Positions 21,144 to 31,150 of a stretch of DNA of 64,000 bases are shown piece by piece. Position numbers and translations under genes: made by a program. A model generated the notes under the pieces. The model worked only from the letters and a program-made list of their open reading frames with translations. It searched no databases and was not told the origin of the DNA. Source of the stretch: Promethearchaeota archaeon (GTDB lineage: Archaea; Asgardarchaeota; Lokiarchaeia; Sigyniarchaeales; SOKP01); the NCBI GenBank assembly GCA_048937405.1, contig JBHLNF010000005.1:128001-192000 (forward strand), read 5' to 3'. How positions within the stretch are numbered: the stretch's first letter is position 1; the number at the start of each line of letters is the position of its first letter.

Positions 21144-23048
21144 ATGAAAATCCTGATTCTAGATAACATTTTTAATAAAGAAATTAAAAAGAAATCCAAA
21201 TTGATTAATAAATTATTATTTAATTATAAACGGATGAAATTATACGGATTATTAGATAAATTAAAAAGAATTTATAACCAGAATATAGATATCACACTAG
21301 TCTCTAATGATACAAAATTATCTAATATTAAATTTAAAATTAATGTTGAATTACTCTCAGACTTTAGAATTGATTTAGAGCGAAGAGAATTCTTAAAAAT
21401 TTTAAAAAAAGTAAAAGAATCTACTAAATCAAATTATTCTAATCTTATTAGAAATCTGAAAAATTTAAAGCAATTCTATATAAACAAAATCTTTATGGGC
21501 GATCTATTTGAAGGTAATTTTGTACGATTTTTCAATTTAATTTTTGGAGAATATGAATTAATAAAAAAAATAATTCAATCAAATAATTTTGATCAAATTT
21601 TATTGTTTAATTGTAATTTAAATTTAGTTGAATTCTTCAAGAATTTGAACCTCAAAAATCATAATATTAAAATATTTAAAAATCCAATTTTTAAGAAAAA
21701 AAAACTAATAGTTAGACTGCATAATGCGTTCTATCTCTTAAAGGGATTAATTGAAAATATATTTGAGCAATTTCTTCGATCCCAAAAGTTAGTATATCAA
21801 CAGAATAACTTCCAAAATGATCCTGGGAGAAAAAAAGTTGTATTCCATGGCACTTCAAAAAATCAGAAAAAAAGTTTAGAACCTATATACGAATACGTTA
21901 AAATAAATAGGACTGACTTAAATCCAATTAAATATTTTTATACATTTAAACACACAATTCCAAGAAATTCTATTACTGATTATCTAAGATTCTTGTTTTT
22001 AATGAAAAGAGTATGGTTTAATAATCTGGATACTATCTCAAGAAACATGAATTATGCCGAATCAGTAGATATAGTTAATATATTAGATGATTTTTATCAT
22101 TATGAATTATTATTTATCTTAATTATAATTTTTAATAATTTCTGGCATTTCAAGGAATTTCTAAAAATGGTTGATCCAGATATTTTGGTAATCGCTAATC
22201 ATTTTAGAGTTGAGCCAAAACTTTTTACGAAATATTGTTATTTAAAAAATATCCCAACTTTATTCGTTCCTCATTCTGCAATCGTAACTTTTGATGAATT
22301 AATTACTAAATCTTATATTAGATATTTTACTGTTCCAGGTGAAAGAGATAAAGCTTATTTGGTTGAAAATGAGGACAGGATCAGTAATATCATAGTTACC
22401 GGAAGGCCTAGATATGAAATTTTCTATAAGGGTGAGATAAATCGCTTAAAGGAAGTTAAGGATATGTACTCCAACAGGATTTATAAGTTTGAACAAAATA
22501 AATTTACTGTTGTATTAACAACAAGTCATTTTAATGAAAAAACTACTGAAAAAATAATATCGTCTGCTGTTCAAGCATTAAAACCGTTAGGATTGATTAA
22601 TAATTTAGTTATAAAAATCCATCCTCAAGAAGAAGGAACAATTCATAAGAAGGTTTCTCAAAATTTAAATGTTAATCCAATAATCATTAGAGATTATAAC
22701 ATATTAGAGATTATCCAATCCAGTAATTTATTATTAACTGTTCCTTCAACAACTGTCTTAGAGGCAATGGTTATTGGCACTCCGGTTATTATATTAGATT
22801 TTATAAATTTAGAATTTAATAATACAGGTAAATTTATTTTTCAAGAAGAGGAATCAATAATAACTGCATCTGATGGAATAAATTTATCTGAAAATATTAA
22901 AAAACTATATGAAAATAAAGATTTTTATCAAAAATACTCAAAGAGAATAAAGGAATTAGGTAATGGATACTCTTATTATAATGAAAACGAAGGACCTATA
23001 TTAAAAATAGTTAATCTTATCCAAAAATCGACTAAATTAGCAGATTGA
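21144..23048 (+). CDS. GT-B fold protein, candidate nonulosonate/polyol-phosphate transferase (paralog of 12977)
   Basis: MKILILDN, FVPHS, VTGRPRYE, IKIHP, STTVLEAM. Confidence 0.6.
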   Translation: MKILILDNIFNKEIKKKSKLINKLLFNYKRMKLYGLLDKLKRIYNQNIDITLVSNDTKLSNIKFKINVELLSDFRIDLERREFLKILKKVKESTKSNYSNLIRNLKNLKQFYINKIFMGDLFEGNFVRFFNLIFGEYELIKKIIQSNNFDQILLFNCNLNLVEFFKNLNLKNHNIKIFKNPIFKKKKLIVRLHNAFYLLKGLIENIFEQFLRSQKLVYQQNNFQNDPGRKKVVFHGTSKNQKKSLEPIYEYVKINRTDLNPIKYFYTFKHTIPRNSITDYLRFLFLMKRVWFNNLDTISRNMNYAESVDIVNILDDFYHYELLFILIIIFNNFWHFKEFLKMVDPDILVIANHFRVEPKLFTKYCYLKNIPTLFVPHSAIVTFDELITKSYIRYFTVPGERDKAYLVENEDRISNIIVTGRPRYEIFYKGEINRLKEVKDMYSNRIYKFEQNKFTVVLTTSHFNEKTTEKIISSAVQALKPLGLINNLVIKIHPQEEGTIHKKVSQNLNVNPIIIRDYNILEIIQSSNLLLTVPSTTVLEAMVIGTPVIILDFINLEFNNTGKFIFQEEESIITASDGINLSENIKKLYENKDFYQKYSKRIKELGNGYSYYNENEGPILKIVNLIQKSTKLAD

Positions 23049-23213
23049 AAAAAATTTTTTTAGAAAATATTGATTCCATATCATTTTTTTGAGTTAAAAT
23101 GAGATAGAAAAGTTTTTTAAACTAAAAATGATACCCTTATATTTTTTTCTTCGTTTAAGAATATAAAAAAAGATAGATTCATTATTCTTTTTTCAGCATA
23201 TTGATTTGTATTT

Positions 23214-24458
23214 ATGACAAACATAATTTTCAGAGCGGTTTATTTACTAAAAGAAAAATTAATTCAAAATTTTAAAGATTTGAGTAATTACCATCACTAT
23301 AAATACTACATTGAATCAATTAAACGAAGATTCCAATATTTAATTCCTTTTAAGAATTATTATAAAACCATACATTACTACATAGAAAGATCAGATATAG
23401 ATATTATTCATAGGAAACGAGAAATTCCCAAAAGTGCAGGAATTGGAATAACTAATGTATGCAATTTAAATTGTATCATGTGTAATATAAAATTAGCAAA
23501 GGTACCTCCGGGTTACATGGATCCAAGGATATTTGAAATTATTTTAAAAGAACTGAAGAAAATAAGAATAAATTCAGTAGCAATTCATACAATTGGAGAA
23601 CCACTTATGCACAAAGACATAGATCAATTATTCCAAATAATCAAGAAAAATAAAATTAAAATTAAATTTAGTACGAATGGACAATTACCAGAAAGACTTA
23701 TAAAATTAATTCATTATTACTCAAATCAAATTGAATTTGTACGTTTCTCTATTGATGCGGCTAAACCTAAAACCTACGAATTTATTCGAAAAGGAGCAAA
23801 TTTTAAAAAGTTGATTAAATCTCTCGAACTTGTTCATAAATTCAATCAAAATAGGATAAATTTTAATGTTAGCGTAAAAATTGACTCAATTCTCAGTTTA
23901 ACAAATATAAATGAAATTCCATTGTTCTTTAAAAAATATGGAAAGTATTGTAAACCTGAATCAATTAATTTTACTCTTGTCAATGGATTATCTCCTGATA
24001 CTGCTTATTTTAAAAAAGCATTCCCCTTTCCCAACTTGATTAAAAAAGAAGTTCCATGTAGTTTACCTTTTAATGCAGTATATTTTACTAATGATGGGAA
24101 AGTAACTCTATGTTGTGAGGATTTTAATGAAGAACTTACTGTTGGTAATATAAAAGATAATTCACTTATTAAAATATGGAGTAATGATTATTCGAGTGAA
24201 ATACGAAGACAGCATTTAAGTCCAGAAACAATAAGCATTACAGCTTGCAAAAATTGTTATGGTCCTTATAAATTTATTTCAAATATAACTAATTATTTCA
24301 TTCATTTATTATATTATTATCATCCAGAATACTCAAACAAGGAATTTGGAGATAGATTAATATATTTTCTTCATAAAATGGATAAAACAATAAAAAATAA
24401 AGGTTTACATCGGTTAGAACAAGTAATATTAAATATTTTTAGAAAAGAAATTAAATAA
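23214..24458 (+). CDS. Radical SAM protein with SPASM/twitch domain
   Basis: CNLNCIMC (CxxxCxxC), GEPL, STNG, CSLPF...CCED...GN...IW...CKNC. Confidence 0.9.
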   Translation: MTNIIFRAVYLLKEKLIQNFKDLSNYHHYKYYIESIKRRFQYLIPFKNYYKTIHYYIERSDIDIIHRKREIPKSAGIGITNVCNLNCIMCNIKLAKVPPGYMDPRIFEIILKELKKIRINSVAIHTIGEPLMHKDIDQLFQIIKKNKIKIKFSTNGQLPERLIKLIHYYSNQIEFVRFSIDAAKPKTYEFIRKGANFKKLIKSLELVHKFNQNRINFNVSVKIDSILSLTNINEIPLFFKKYGKYCKPESINFTLVNGLSPDTAYFKKAFPFPNLIKKEVPCSLPFNAVYFTNDGKVTLCCEDFNEELTVGNIKDNSLIKIWSNDYSSEIRRQHLSPETISITACKNCYGPYKFISNITNYFIHLLYYYHPEYSNKEFGDRLIYFLHKMDKTIKNKGLHRLEQVILNIFRKEIK

Positions 24459-24483
24459 TAAATGTCATAAAAACGGTTAAATT

Positions 24484-25458
24484 ATGAAGAATATAGCTAT
24501 AATTGGAGCTGGAAAGATTGGAAGTAGACATTTACAAGCACTTAAAGCAGTCAATATCCCTTTAAATATTTTTGTTGTAGATCCAAGTGAATCTTCATTA
24601 AAAAAAGCTAAGAAAATATACGATTCAATTAATAATACTCAAATTCAACATAAGGTTAGATACCTTTCCGAGATTGACATTAATGATAAACTCGACTTGG
24701 CAATTAATGCAACTAATTCAGATATGAGAAGAGAATCTACTGAAAAATTATTTCAAAGTTGTCAAGTTAATTTTTTAATTTTAGAAAAAATATTATTTCA
24801 GAAGGCTGAAGATTACTACGCAATCAATGATCTTCTGAAAAAAAGAAATTGTACCACTTGGGTTAATTGCAATATAAGAACAATGCCAGATTATAGAAAT
24901 TTAGTGAAAAAATGGTTTAATAAAGAGAAATTATTATTTACTGTTACTGGTAGTCAATGGGGTTTAATGTGTAATGCGGTTCATTTTATTGATTATTTAT
25001 CATTTCTAACTGAGTGTAATGAATTCGAAGTCAACACTGAGTATTTAGATAAAAAACTTATTCCTAGTAAAAGAGAGGGATTTTATGAACTATCAGGAAT
25101 TATCCAAACTCACTTAAGTGATGGTAGCCATGGAATACTATCTTGTCAACCTAGTGGAGATCTTCCGATAATAATTAATATTTCCTCTGATACAACAAAT
25201 TGTTCAATCAATTTATTAAAAAATGAAGAAAATATGTTAATATGTAAAGGAAATTCTGACTGGAAAACTTATAATGTCGAATATCTTAATGTTAGCAGTT
25301 TGACTACTTCTCTAGTTGAAAATATTCTTACTAGTGGTAAGTGTCTGTTGCCTACATACGAATATGCCATGAAACTTCACTTATCTTTCTTTGAACCTGT
25401 ATTAGAATTTTTAAATATGCATATTGGAAAAGATTTTACTAATTATCCATTCACTTAA
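24484..25458 (+). CDS. Gfo/Idh/MocA-like oxidoreductase (type B, copy 2)
   Basis: IIGAGKIGSRHLQAL, ILEKILFQ, WVNC, HFID, ends YPFT; paralog of 20033. Confidence 0.83.
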   Translation: MKNIAIIGAGKIGSRHLQALKAVNIPLNIFVVDPSESSLKKAKKIYDSINNTQIQHKVRYLSEIDINDKLDLAINATNSDMRRESTEKLFQSCQVNFLILEKILFQKAEDYYAINDLLKKRNCTTWVNCNIRTMPDYRNLVKKWFNKEKLLFTVTGSQWGLMCNAVHFIDYLSFLTECNEFEVNTEYLDKKLIPSKREGFYELSGIIQTHLSDGSHGILSCQPSGDLPIIINISSDTTNCSINLLKNEENMLICKGNSDWKTYNVEYLNVSSLTTSLVENILTSGKCLLPTYEYAMKLHLSFFEPVLEFLNMHIGKDFTNYPFT

Positions 25459-25476
25459 ACATAGAGATTATGAAAT

Positions 25477-26451
25477 ATGGAAAAAAAAAAAAATAAATCA
25501 GTCTTATTAGTTGGTCCTGGAAAAATGGGTAGGGAATATGCAAAAATATTAATTGATATGAAATTACCCTTAGAGATTGTTGGAATAGAAGATAAATCTT
25601 CTATTGAGTTTGAGAAATTAACATTATTACCAGTATATAAAAAAGGGATTGATAATTGGTTAGCAGAAACAGAAGAATATCCACAATTTGCTATAGTTTC
25701 AGTAATCAATCAAGACCTCGGTAATGTAGCAAGATCACTTATTCAAGCAGGATTGAAAAATATCCTCTTGGAAAAACCAGGTGGGTTGGATATCTCAGAT
25801 ATAGGAGCTGTAGCTAAAGAAGCAGAAAAAAATAAAACAAATGTATTTCTTGGTTACAATCGCCGATTTTACACATCAACTCTTAAAGCTAAGCAGATTA
25901 TTAAAGAGGACGGAGGAGTTAAGTCCTTTTTATTTGAATTTACTGAATGGAGTCATGTAATGGAAACTTATCCTCTTATACCTGAAGTTAAAAAAAATTG
26001 GTTATTACATAACTCCACCCATGTAATAGATTTAGCATTTTATTTAGGGGGTAAACCAAAAGAACTTTACTCTCTTAAAACAGGCACTTTATCATGGCAT
26101 CCAATAGGTTCTACTTTTACAGGGGCAGGAAAAACTGAAGGGGGAGCATTGTTTTCTTATCATTCCAATTGGGATGCTCCAGGAAGATGGGCTACGGAGA
26201 TCCTTACTAAAAAACACCGTTTAATTTTTAAACCTTTAGAAAAACTCAAAATTCAGAAAAGAGCAAGTGTGAAGATTGAAGAGGTAAAACTCAATGATAA
26301 ATTAGATATTGACTTTAAACCTGGACTTTATCGTCAAGTAGATGCTTTTCTAAACAATAATTGGAGCGAATTTAAAAATATCCATCAGCAACTAAAAGAT
26401 CTAGAACTATACGATACCATACGTAAAGGTGGAGTTATTAAAAATCAATAA
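25477..26451 (+). CDS. Gfo/Idh/MocA family oxidoreductase (type A, copy 2)
   Basis: VGPGKMG, LLEKPG, YNRRF, FEFTEWSH, NWDAPGRW; paralog of 19072. Confidence 0.85.
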   Translation: MEKKKNKSVLLVGPGKMGREYAKILIDMKLPLEIVGIEDKSSIEFEKLTLLPVYKKGIDNWLAETEEYPQFAIVSVINQDLGNVARSLIQAGLKNILLEKPGGLDISDIGAVAKEAEKNKTNVFLGYNRRFYTSTLKAKQIIKEDGGVKSFLFEFTEWSHVMETYPLIPEVKKNWLLHNSTHVIDLAFYLGGKPKELYSLKTGTLSWHPIGSTFTGAGKTEGGALFSYHSNWDAPGRWATEILTKKHRLIFKPLEKLKIQKRASVKIEEVKLNDKLDIDFKPGLYRQVDAFLNNNWSEFKNIHQQLKDLELYDTIRKGGVIKNQ

Positions 26452-26478
26452 AAATCTTTTTTTTGATAATATTTGAAC

Positions 26479-28383
26479 TTATTCATCTCTAATGATTTCT
26501 GAAATACGATTCAATGCTTCTAAAAAACCTCTACCATTATAATTATGTCCTAACCATATTTCAGGAGTATATGAAACATTAGTTTTAATTAATTCAGGTA
26601 AAAACGCCTTAAAATTTATCATACCATCACCCACCTGTATACCTTCACCCATAATGCCAATAGCATCAGCTATATGAACATGTCTTATTAAATGTTTGAT
26701 TTCTTGATAAAATTGTGCTACTGTCATATGCTCTCCCTCTAAACTATTAACATACATTCCGGCGTGACTAGTATCAAACGTCATTTTAAGTTTTTCTTTC
26801 TCTAAAAAAGCACGAATTTCTCTTGGATTACAAAAAAGATTTAAATAACTGTGTCCCCCATAATACCATCCATTAGGGGGCAAATTTTCAATCAATAGTT
26901 CAATTCCATCAAAATCAATACTTGTTAGAACATCATGTAATTTATGATAAAGATGGCCATTACCAATAATTCTTTCAAATTGACTGAATCCAGGAATGTG
27001 CAGCACTAACTTAACTGGTTTATCTTTTTGCTTTAAAAAGTACTTAGACATTCTTCTTGTTAAATCAACAGTATTTATTAAGCTATCTATAGATCGCTTT
27101 TGAATTAATCGATTTTCTGAACTGATATCCATAACATCATCTTCCCAATTAGTTGGTGCATGAATAACTAATCCTGCATTAATAGGTTCAGAAAACCATT
27201 CACCTAAATCAACAAATACGTCTTGGTCTGTAAGATGAAATTCAAAAAAATTTGGTTTATAATCAAGGTAATTTTTATAGTCGGAAAATCTAACAATCAA
27301 ACCCCAATTATAAGATGCTGTAAGCTTAATTTCTTTAAATTTTTGCCCTAGATCCAAAAACTTAAGATATTCTTCAGCTTCAATATCTCTAATTGCTGTC
27401 CTTCCTAAAAGATCAAAATAAAACTGAGGTGAAATACCTTTAGCAGGACTTTTAGTAGTTAACATATCTTCTTTAAAAATTTCTCCTTTCTTTATCGATC
27501 TTGTAGAAACTATACTTTTTCCTAAAATTTCTCTATTAAAGTATTCACCACGAGAAATATAACGTTTATCAGCTCCGATAGCCTGCTTAACATGTTTAAT
27601 ATCCCTTATTACTCTTCTAAGACCTTCTGGTTCTAAGCTAGCGGAGTGATCTGGACCTTTCATAGTTCTATCAAGAGTAATATGTCTTTCAACGATACAA
27701 GCACCAAATAGAGTAGATGCTACAGAAATAGCAAGCCCTCTTTCATGACCAGAATATCCAACAGGAACTCTAAATTTCTTAAGTGTTGTAATAAATTTTA
27801 AATTAATTTCCTCATTTAATGCAGGATAAGTACTATTACAATGCAGTAGACAAAATGATGTATCTCTTGATTTAAGAAATTCAACTGTCTGTTCAATTTC
27901 AGAATAAGTTGACATACCAGTAGAAATAATAATTGGCTTTTTCATTTTACAAATATAATCTAGTAATGGAAGATTTGTCAAATCCGCTGAAGCTACTTTA
28001 TATGCCGAAACATTTAGTTTCTCTAAAAAGTCAACACTTGCTTTATCAAATGCTGTACATAAAAAATCCATATTTTTACTCTCTGCATATTCTTTAAGAT
28101 ATTTTAATTCACTTTCTGACAAATCTGCTCGTTTTTGAGCAAATAAAGAATATTGAATCTGTTGATCAAAGACAGATGGATTTTCGATAATTCTATTTAA
28201 GTAAAGATCACCAAAATCTCTTTTTTGAAATTTCACACAATCTGCACCATATTTGGCACAATAGTCGATTAAATTCTGGGCAATTTGAATCGAACCGTTA
28301 TGATTTATTCCAATTTCTCCTATAAAATAGACAGGATAATCATTACCAATTTTTCTTCCATTAATCACTATATATGGTTCCAT
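26479..28383 (-). CDS. NeuB-family synthase + SAF + xylose-isomerase-like (AP_endonuc_2) TIM-barrel fusion
   Basis: GEIGINHNG, KFQKR, KVASAD, HCNSTYP, GYSGHE, ERHITLDR; C-terminal ENLPP, FDTSHA, HVHIAD, PEIW. Confidence 0.87.
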   Translation of the reverse strand: MEPYIVINGRKIGNDYPVYFIGEIGINHNGSIQIAQNLIDYCAKYGADCVKFQKRDFGDLYLNRIIENPSVFDQQIQYSLFAQKRADLSESELKYLKEYAESKNMDFLCTAFDKASVDFLEKLNVSAYKVASADLTNLPLLDYICKMKKPIIISTGMSTYSEIEQTVEFLKSRDTSFCLLHCNSTYPALNEEINLKFITTLKKFRVPVGYSGHERGLAISVASTLFGACIVERHITLDRTMKGPDHSASLEPEGLRRVIRDIKHVKQAIGADKRYISRGEYFNREILGKSIVSTRSIKKGEIFKEDMLTTKSPAKGISPQFYFDLLGRTAIRDIEAEEYLKFLDLGQKFKEIKLTASYNWGLIVRFSDYKNYLDYKPNFFEFHLTDQDVFVDLGEWFSEPINAGLVIHAPTNWEDDVMDISSENRLIQKRSIDSLINTVDLTRRMSKYFLKQKDKPVKLVLHIPGFSQFERIIGNGHLYHKLHDVLTSIDFDGIELLIENLPPNGWYYGGHSYLNLFCNPREIRAFLEKEKLKMTFDTSHAGMYVNSLEGEHMTVAQFYQEIKHLIRHVHIADAIGIMGEGIQVGDGMINFKAFLPELIKTNVSYTPEIWLGHNYNGRGFLEALNRISEIIRDE

Positions 28384-28598
28384 TACGTAACAAAAGGATA
28401 AATTTTTTTCAAATCTAATTTTTATAATGTATAAATTAATAATAACCTTTTCTTTGATAAAAAATGAAAATATTTAATGAAATTCAGATATACATTGAGA
28501 TTTTATATAACTTTAAGGGATTTTGAAGTATTTCATGAACTTATAGCAAAAATATTTATACTATTAAAAATTATAAATTTTTTGGAGTAATTTATAAT

Positions 28599-29369
28599 TT
28601 ACCATATACTCCATCCACCATCTACCAAAAGAATATGACCTGTTATGTAAGAAGCTGCATTAGAGATGAGAAAAATTACTGGTCCTACGATATCATTAGG
28701 ATTAGCCATTCTTTTTAATGGTGTTTTTTTATTATAACTATTTACAAATTTGCTAGGTTGATTGTTGAAAACACCACCAGGAGCAATTATGTTCGCTCGA
28801 ACATTATTCTCTCCATATCTTGTTGCTATATATTTTGTTAATATGTTAATTGCTCCCTTATTAGAAGCATAAGAAATTTTGTTTGTCATATTGGTACCCT
28901 CATATATTGAAAAATCAGGAGCTGTAATACCATAAATGGAACTAAAATTAATTATGGATCCATAATTTTGGTTTTTCATGATTTCAGCTACTTTTATCGA
29001 AGTAAGATAATACCCCCCCAAATGCTTTTTCAAACTTTGCGTAAACGTTTCATAATCATATAACTTTTCTTTATTATTATAATCCTCTGTTTTTGGCCAA
29101 GCCATATTTACTAAAGCATCTATTTTGTTGTATCTTTCTATAATAAATTTAAAGAAATTATCAACAGATTCTTCATTAGACATATTTATTTTTTTATAGA
29201 ATACTTCTAAATTTTTTTTTTTTAATTTTGTTTCTAATTCTGCTCCAATTTTTTCATCGATATCTCCAATTATAACTCGTGCGCCTGCTTCTGCTAAACC
29301 TCTAACTACTTCAGATCCAATTAAGCCAGCACCTATTGCTATTACAACTTTTTCTTCAAGACTAAACAA
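28599..29369 (-). CDS. Short-chain dehydrogenase/reductase (PtmA/ElaC-like)
   Basis: GAGLIG, FSSIYG, YASNK (YxxxK), NIIAPGG, ITGHILLVDGGW. Confidence 0.85.
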   Translation of the reverse strand: MFSLEEKVVIAIGAGLIGSEVVRGLAEAGARVIIGDIDEKIGAELETKLKKKNLEVFYKKINMSNEESVDNFFKFIIERYNKIDALVNMAWPKTEDYNNKEKLYDYETFTQSLKKHLGGYYLTSIKVAEIMKNQNYGSIINFSSIYGITAPDFSIYEGTNMTNKISYASNKGAINILTKYIATRYGENNVRANIIAPGGVFNNQPSKFVNSYNKKTPLKRMANPNDIVGPVIFLISNAASYITGHILLVDGGWSIW

Positions 29370-29382
29370 ACCTGGTCCGTAC

Positions 29383-30090
29383 TTAAAAGTCGAAATTAAA
29401 TTTCTCCTCTCTTATCATGAATTCTATAAAATCAATATCAATTTGTCTATCAATATCTATCGATGTATCAGGCATCTCATAAATAAGGGTTTTTCCAGAT
29501 AAAACATAAGATGTTTCAAGTAAATAATTTCTTTTAAAAACCCAAATCGAAGCATTTAATGAATAAACTAAGGGAGCTTGTTGTCTAGCAACAATCGGTT
29601 TCTCTGGAATTTTACAAAGTACAGCATAACCATTTTCGTCTAATTCAACCATATTAAAATAAGGATTTCTTTCTGCTAAATACGCACTTGTAATTAGGTC
29701 TGCATCTGAATTTTCAAGGCGATTAAAACTAGTTTCAATATCTTTTATAGTTCTTAATGGAGAAGTAGCATCTAGATCGATAAGGTAATCATATCTTTTT
29801 TTTTCCTCGTTCTCACAAAATTTGAGAGCATGTCTTAAAACATCAAGCTTAGCCATCTCATCTGTAGCTAACTCTGCTGGTCTTAAAAAGGGGGTTTCTG
29901 CTCCATACTTACGAGCTATTTTTTGTAATTCTAAACTATCTGTTGAACATATAATTCGATCTGCTCTACCCCATGCTTTAAAAGCTTTAAATGTGTAAGA
30001 TAAAAGCGGTTTCCCATTAATTAATCTAAAATTCTTATTTTTTAAGCCTTTCGAACCGCCCCGAACACATACAGTTCCAAGAATTCTCAT
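29383..30090 (-). CDS. CMP-nonulosonate synthetase (PtmB/ElaB-like)
   Basis: CVRGGSKGLKNKN, STD, PFLRP, DLDATSPLR, NPYFNMVE, RQQAP, DID. Confidence 0.9.
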   Translation of the reverse strand: MRILGTVCVRGGSKGLKNKNFRLINGKPLLSYTFKAFKAWGRADRIICSTDSLELQKIARKYGAETPFLRPAELATDEMAKLDVLRHALKFCENEEKKRYDYLIDLDATSPLRTIKDIETSFNRLENSDADLITSAYLAERNPYFNMVELDENGYAVLCKIPEKPIVARQQAPLVYSLNASIWVFKRNYLLETSYVLSGKTLIYEMPDTSIDIDRQIDIDFIEFMIREEKFNFDF

Positions 30091-30152
30091 TTTCTTTAAT
30101 TATTTTTTCTGTTTAATAATTTTAATTTTAAAATTTAATTTTTCACTTCAAA

Positions 30153-31118
30153 TTAATTAATTATGATTTTTTCTTTTCTCTTAAATTTAAGTATTTTTTC
30201 CAGTAATCCTCTCGCATCCTCAACATTAATAATCTCTTTTGATTGCTTTTCAATTCCTTCTAAAAAAAGTGCTAATTGTTCTTCAAAATAATCATTACGT
30301 TCAAAGTGAAAAGTTTCTTTTCTAACTTTTTGTTCGCTTATAAAACTAATTTCCTTTTTTATCATATCTGCCAAAATTTCTCTCTGAGGAGTGAGGAGAC
30401 GGACGAATCTTTGAGCTTTAAATCCAAAGTAGTCGAGATGAATTGTAGCATGCATATTATTCTCGAAATTAATAATTACATCACAAAAATCCTCAGAATC
30501 AATTTCAAGAGAACTTATTTTTCCATAGATCCCATTAATTGACTTTATTTTTCCAAAAAACCACTCATTAAAATCAAATTCATGAATAAGATCTAAAATG
30601 ACCCCTCCTCCTTGTGCATTTTTAGAACTATAAATTTCTCTATAGTCTCTTCCTGGTCGCCAATTAGGTAAGTAAGAACTGTTTAATGTCTGTGCATAAA
30701 ATATTTCATCTCTTATTTCATCAATAAGTTCTTTCATCCGTTTAATAATTGGATTATGCCTCATACTATAACCTACATGTACAATGGCACTTGATTTCTT
30801 TATTTCATTAAAAAAAATATCCAAATTATCTAAGGAATCTGATAAAGGTTTTTCAATAAAAAGATTTGTTATCCCAGCTTTAAGACAAATAATTGCTGTT
30901 TCAATATGAAAAGATGTTGGATTAGTAATAAATGCAATATCAGGTTTAACTTTTAATGCTTCTTCTAAATCATAAATATTGTGAATACCTGGAAATACAT
31001 CTTCTTTTCTTGTTCTATACGCATAGATCTCATGGTTATAGTTTTTCTTTAATAATTTCAAGTGTCTAGTACCAATGGACCCAAGACCAAAAAAGAGTAT
31101 TTTCATATTTTTTATCAT
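30153..31118 (-). CDS. Gfo/Idh/MocA oxidoreductase (PtmF/ElaA-like)
   Basis: GLGSIGTRH, IEKP, YLPNWRPGRDYR, GGGVILDLIHEFD. Confidence 0.87.
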   Translation of the reverse strand: MIKNMKILFFGLGSIGTRHLKLLKKNYNHEIYAYRTRKEDVFPGIHNIYDLEEALKVKPDIAFITNPTSFHIETAIICLKAGITNLFIEKPLSDSLDNLDIFFNEIKKSSAIVHVGYSMRHNPIIKRMKELIDEIRDEIFYAQTLNSSYLPNWRPGRDYREIYSSKNAQGGGVILDLIHEFDFNEWFFGKIKSINGIYGKISSLEIDSEDFCDVIINFENNMHATIHLDYFGFKAQRFVRLLTPQREILADMIKKEISFISEQKVRKETFHFERNDYFEEQLALFLEGIEKQSKEIINVEDARGLLEKILKFKRKEKIIIN

Positions 31119-31150
31119 TTACTTGTTATAATATCTCTTAATTGATATAA

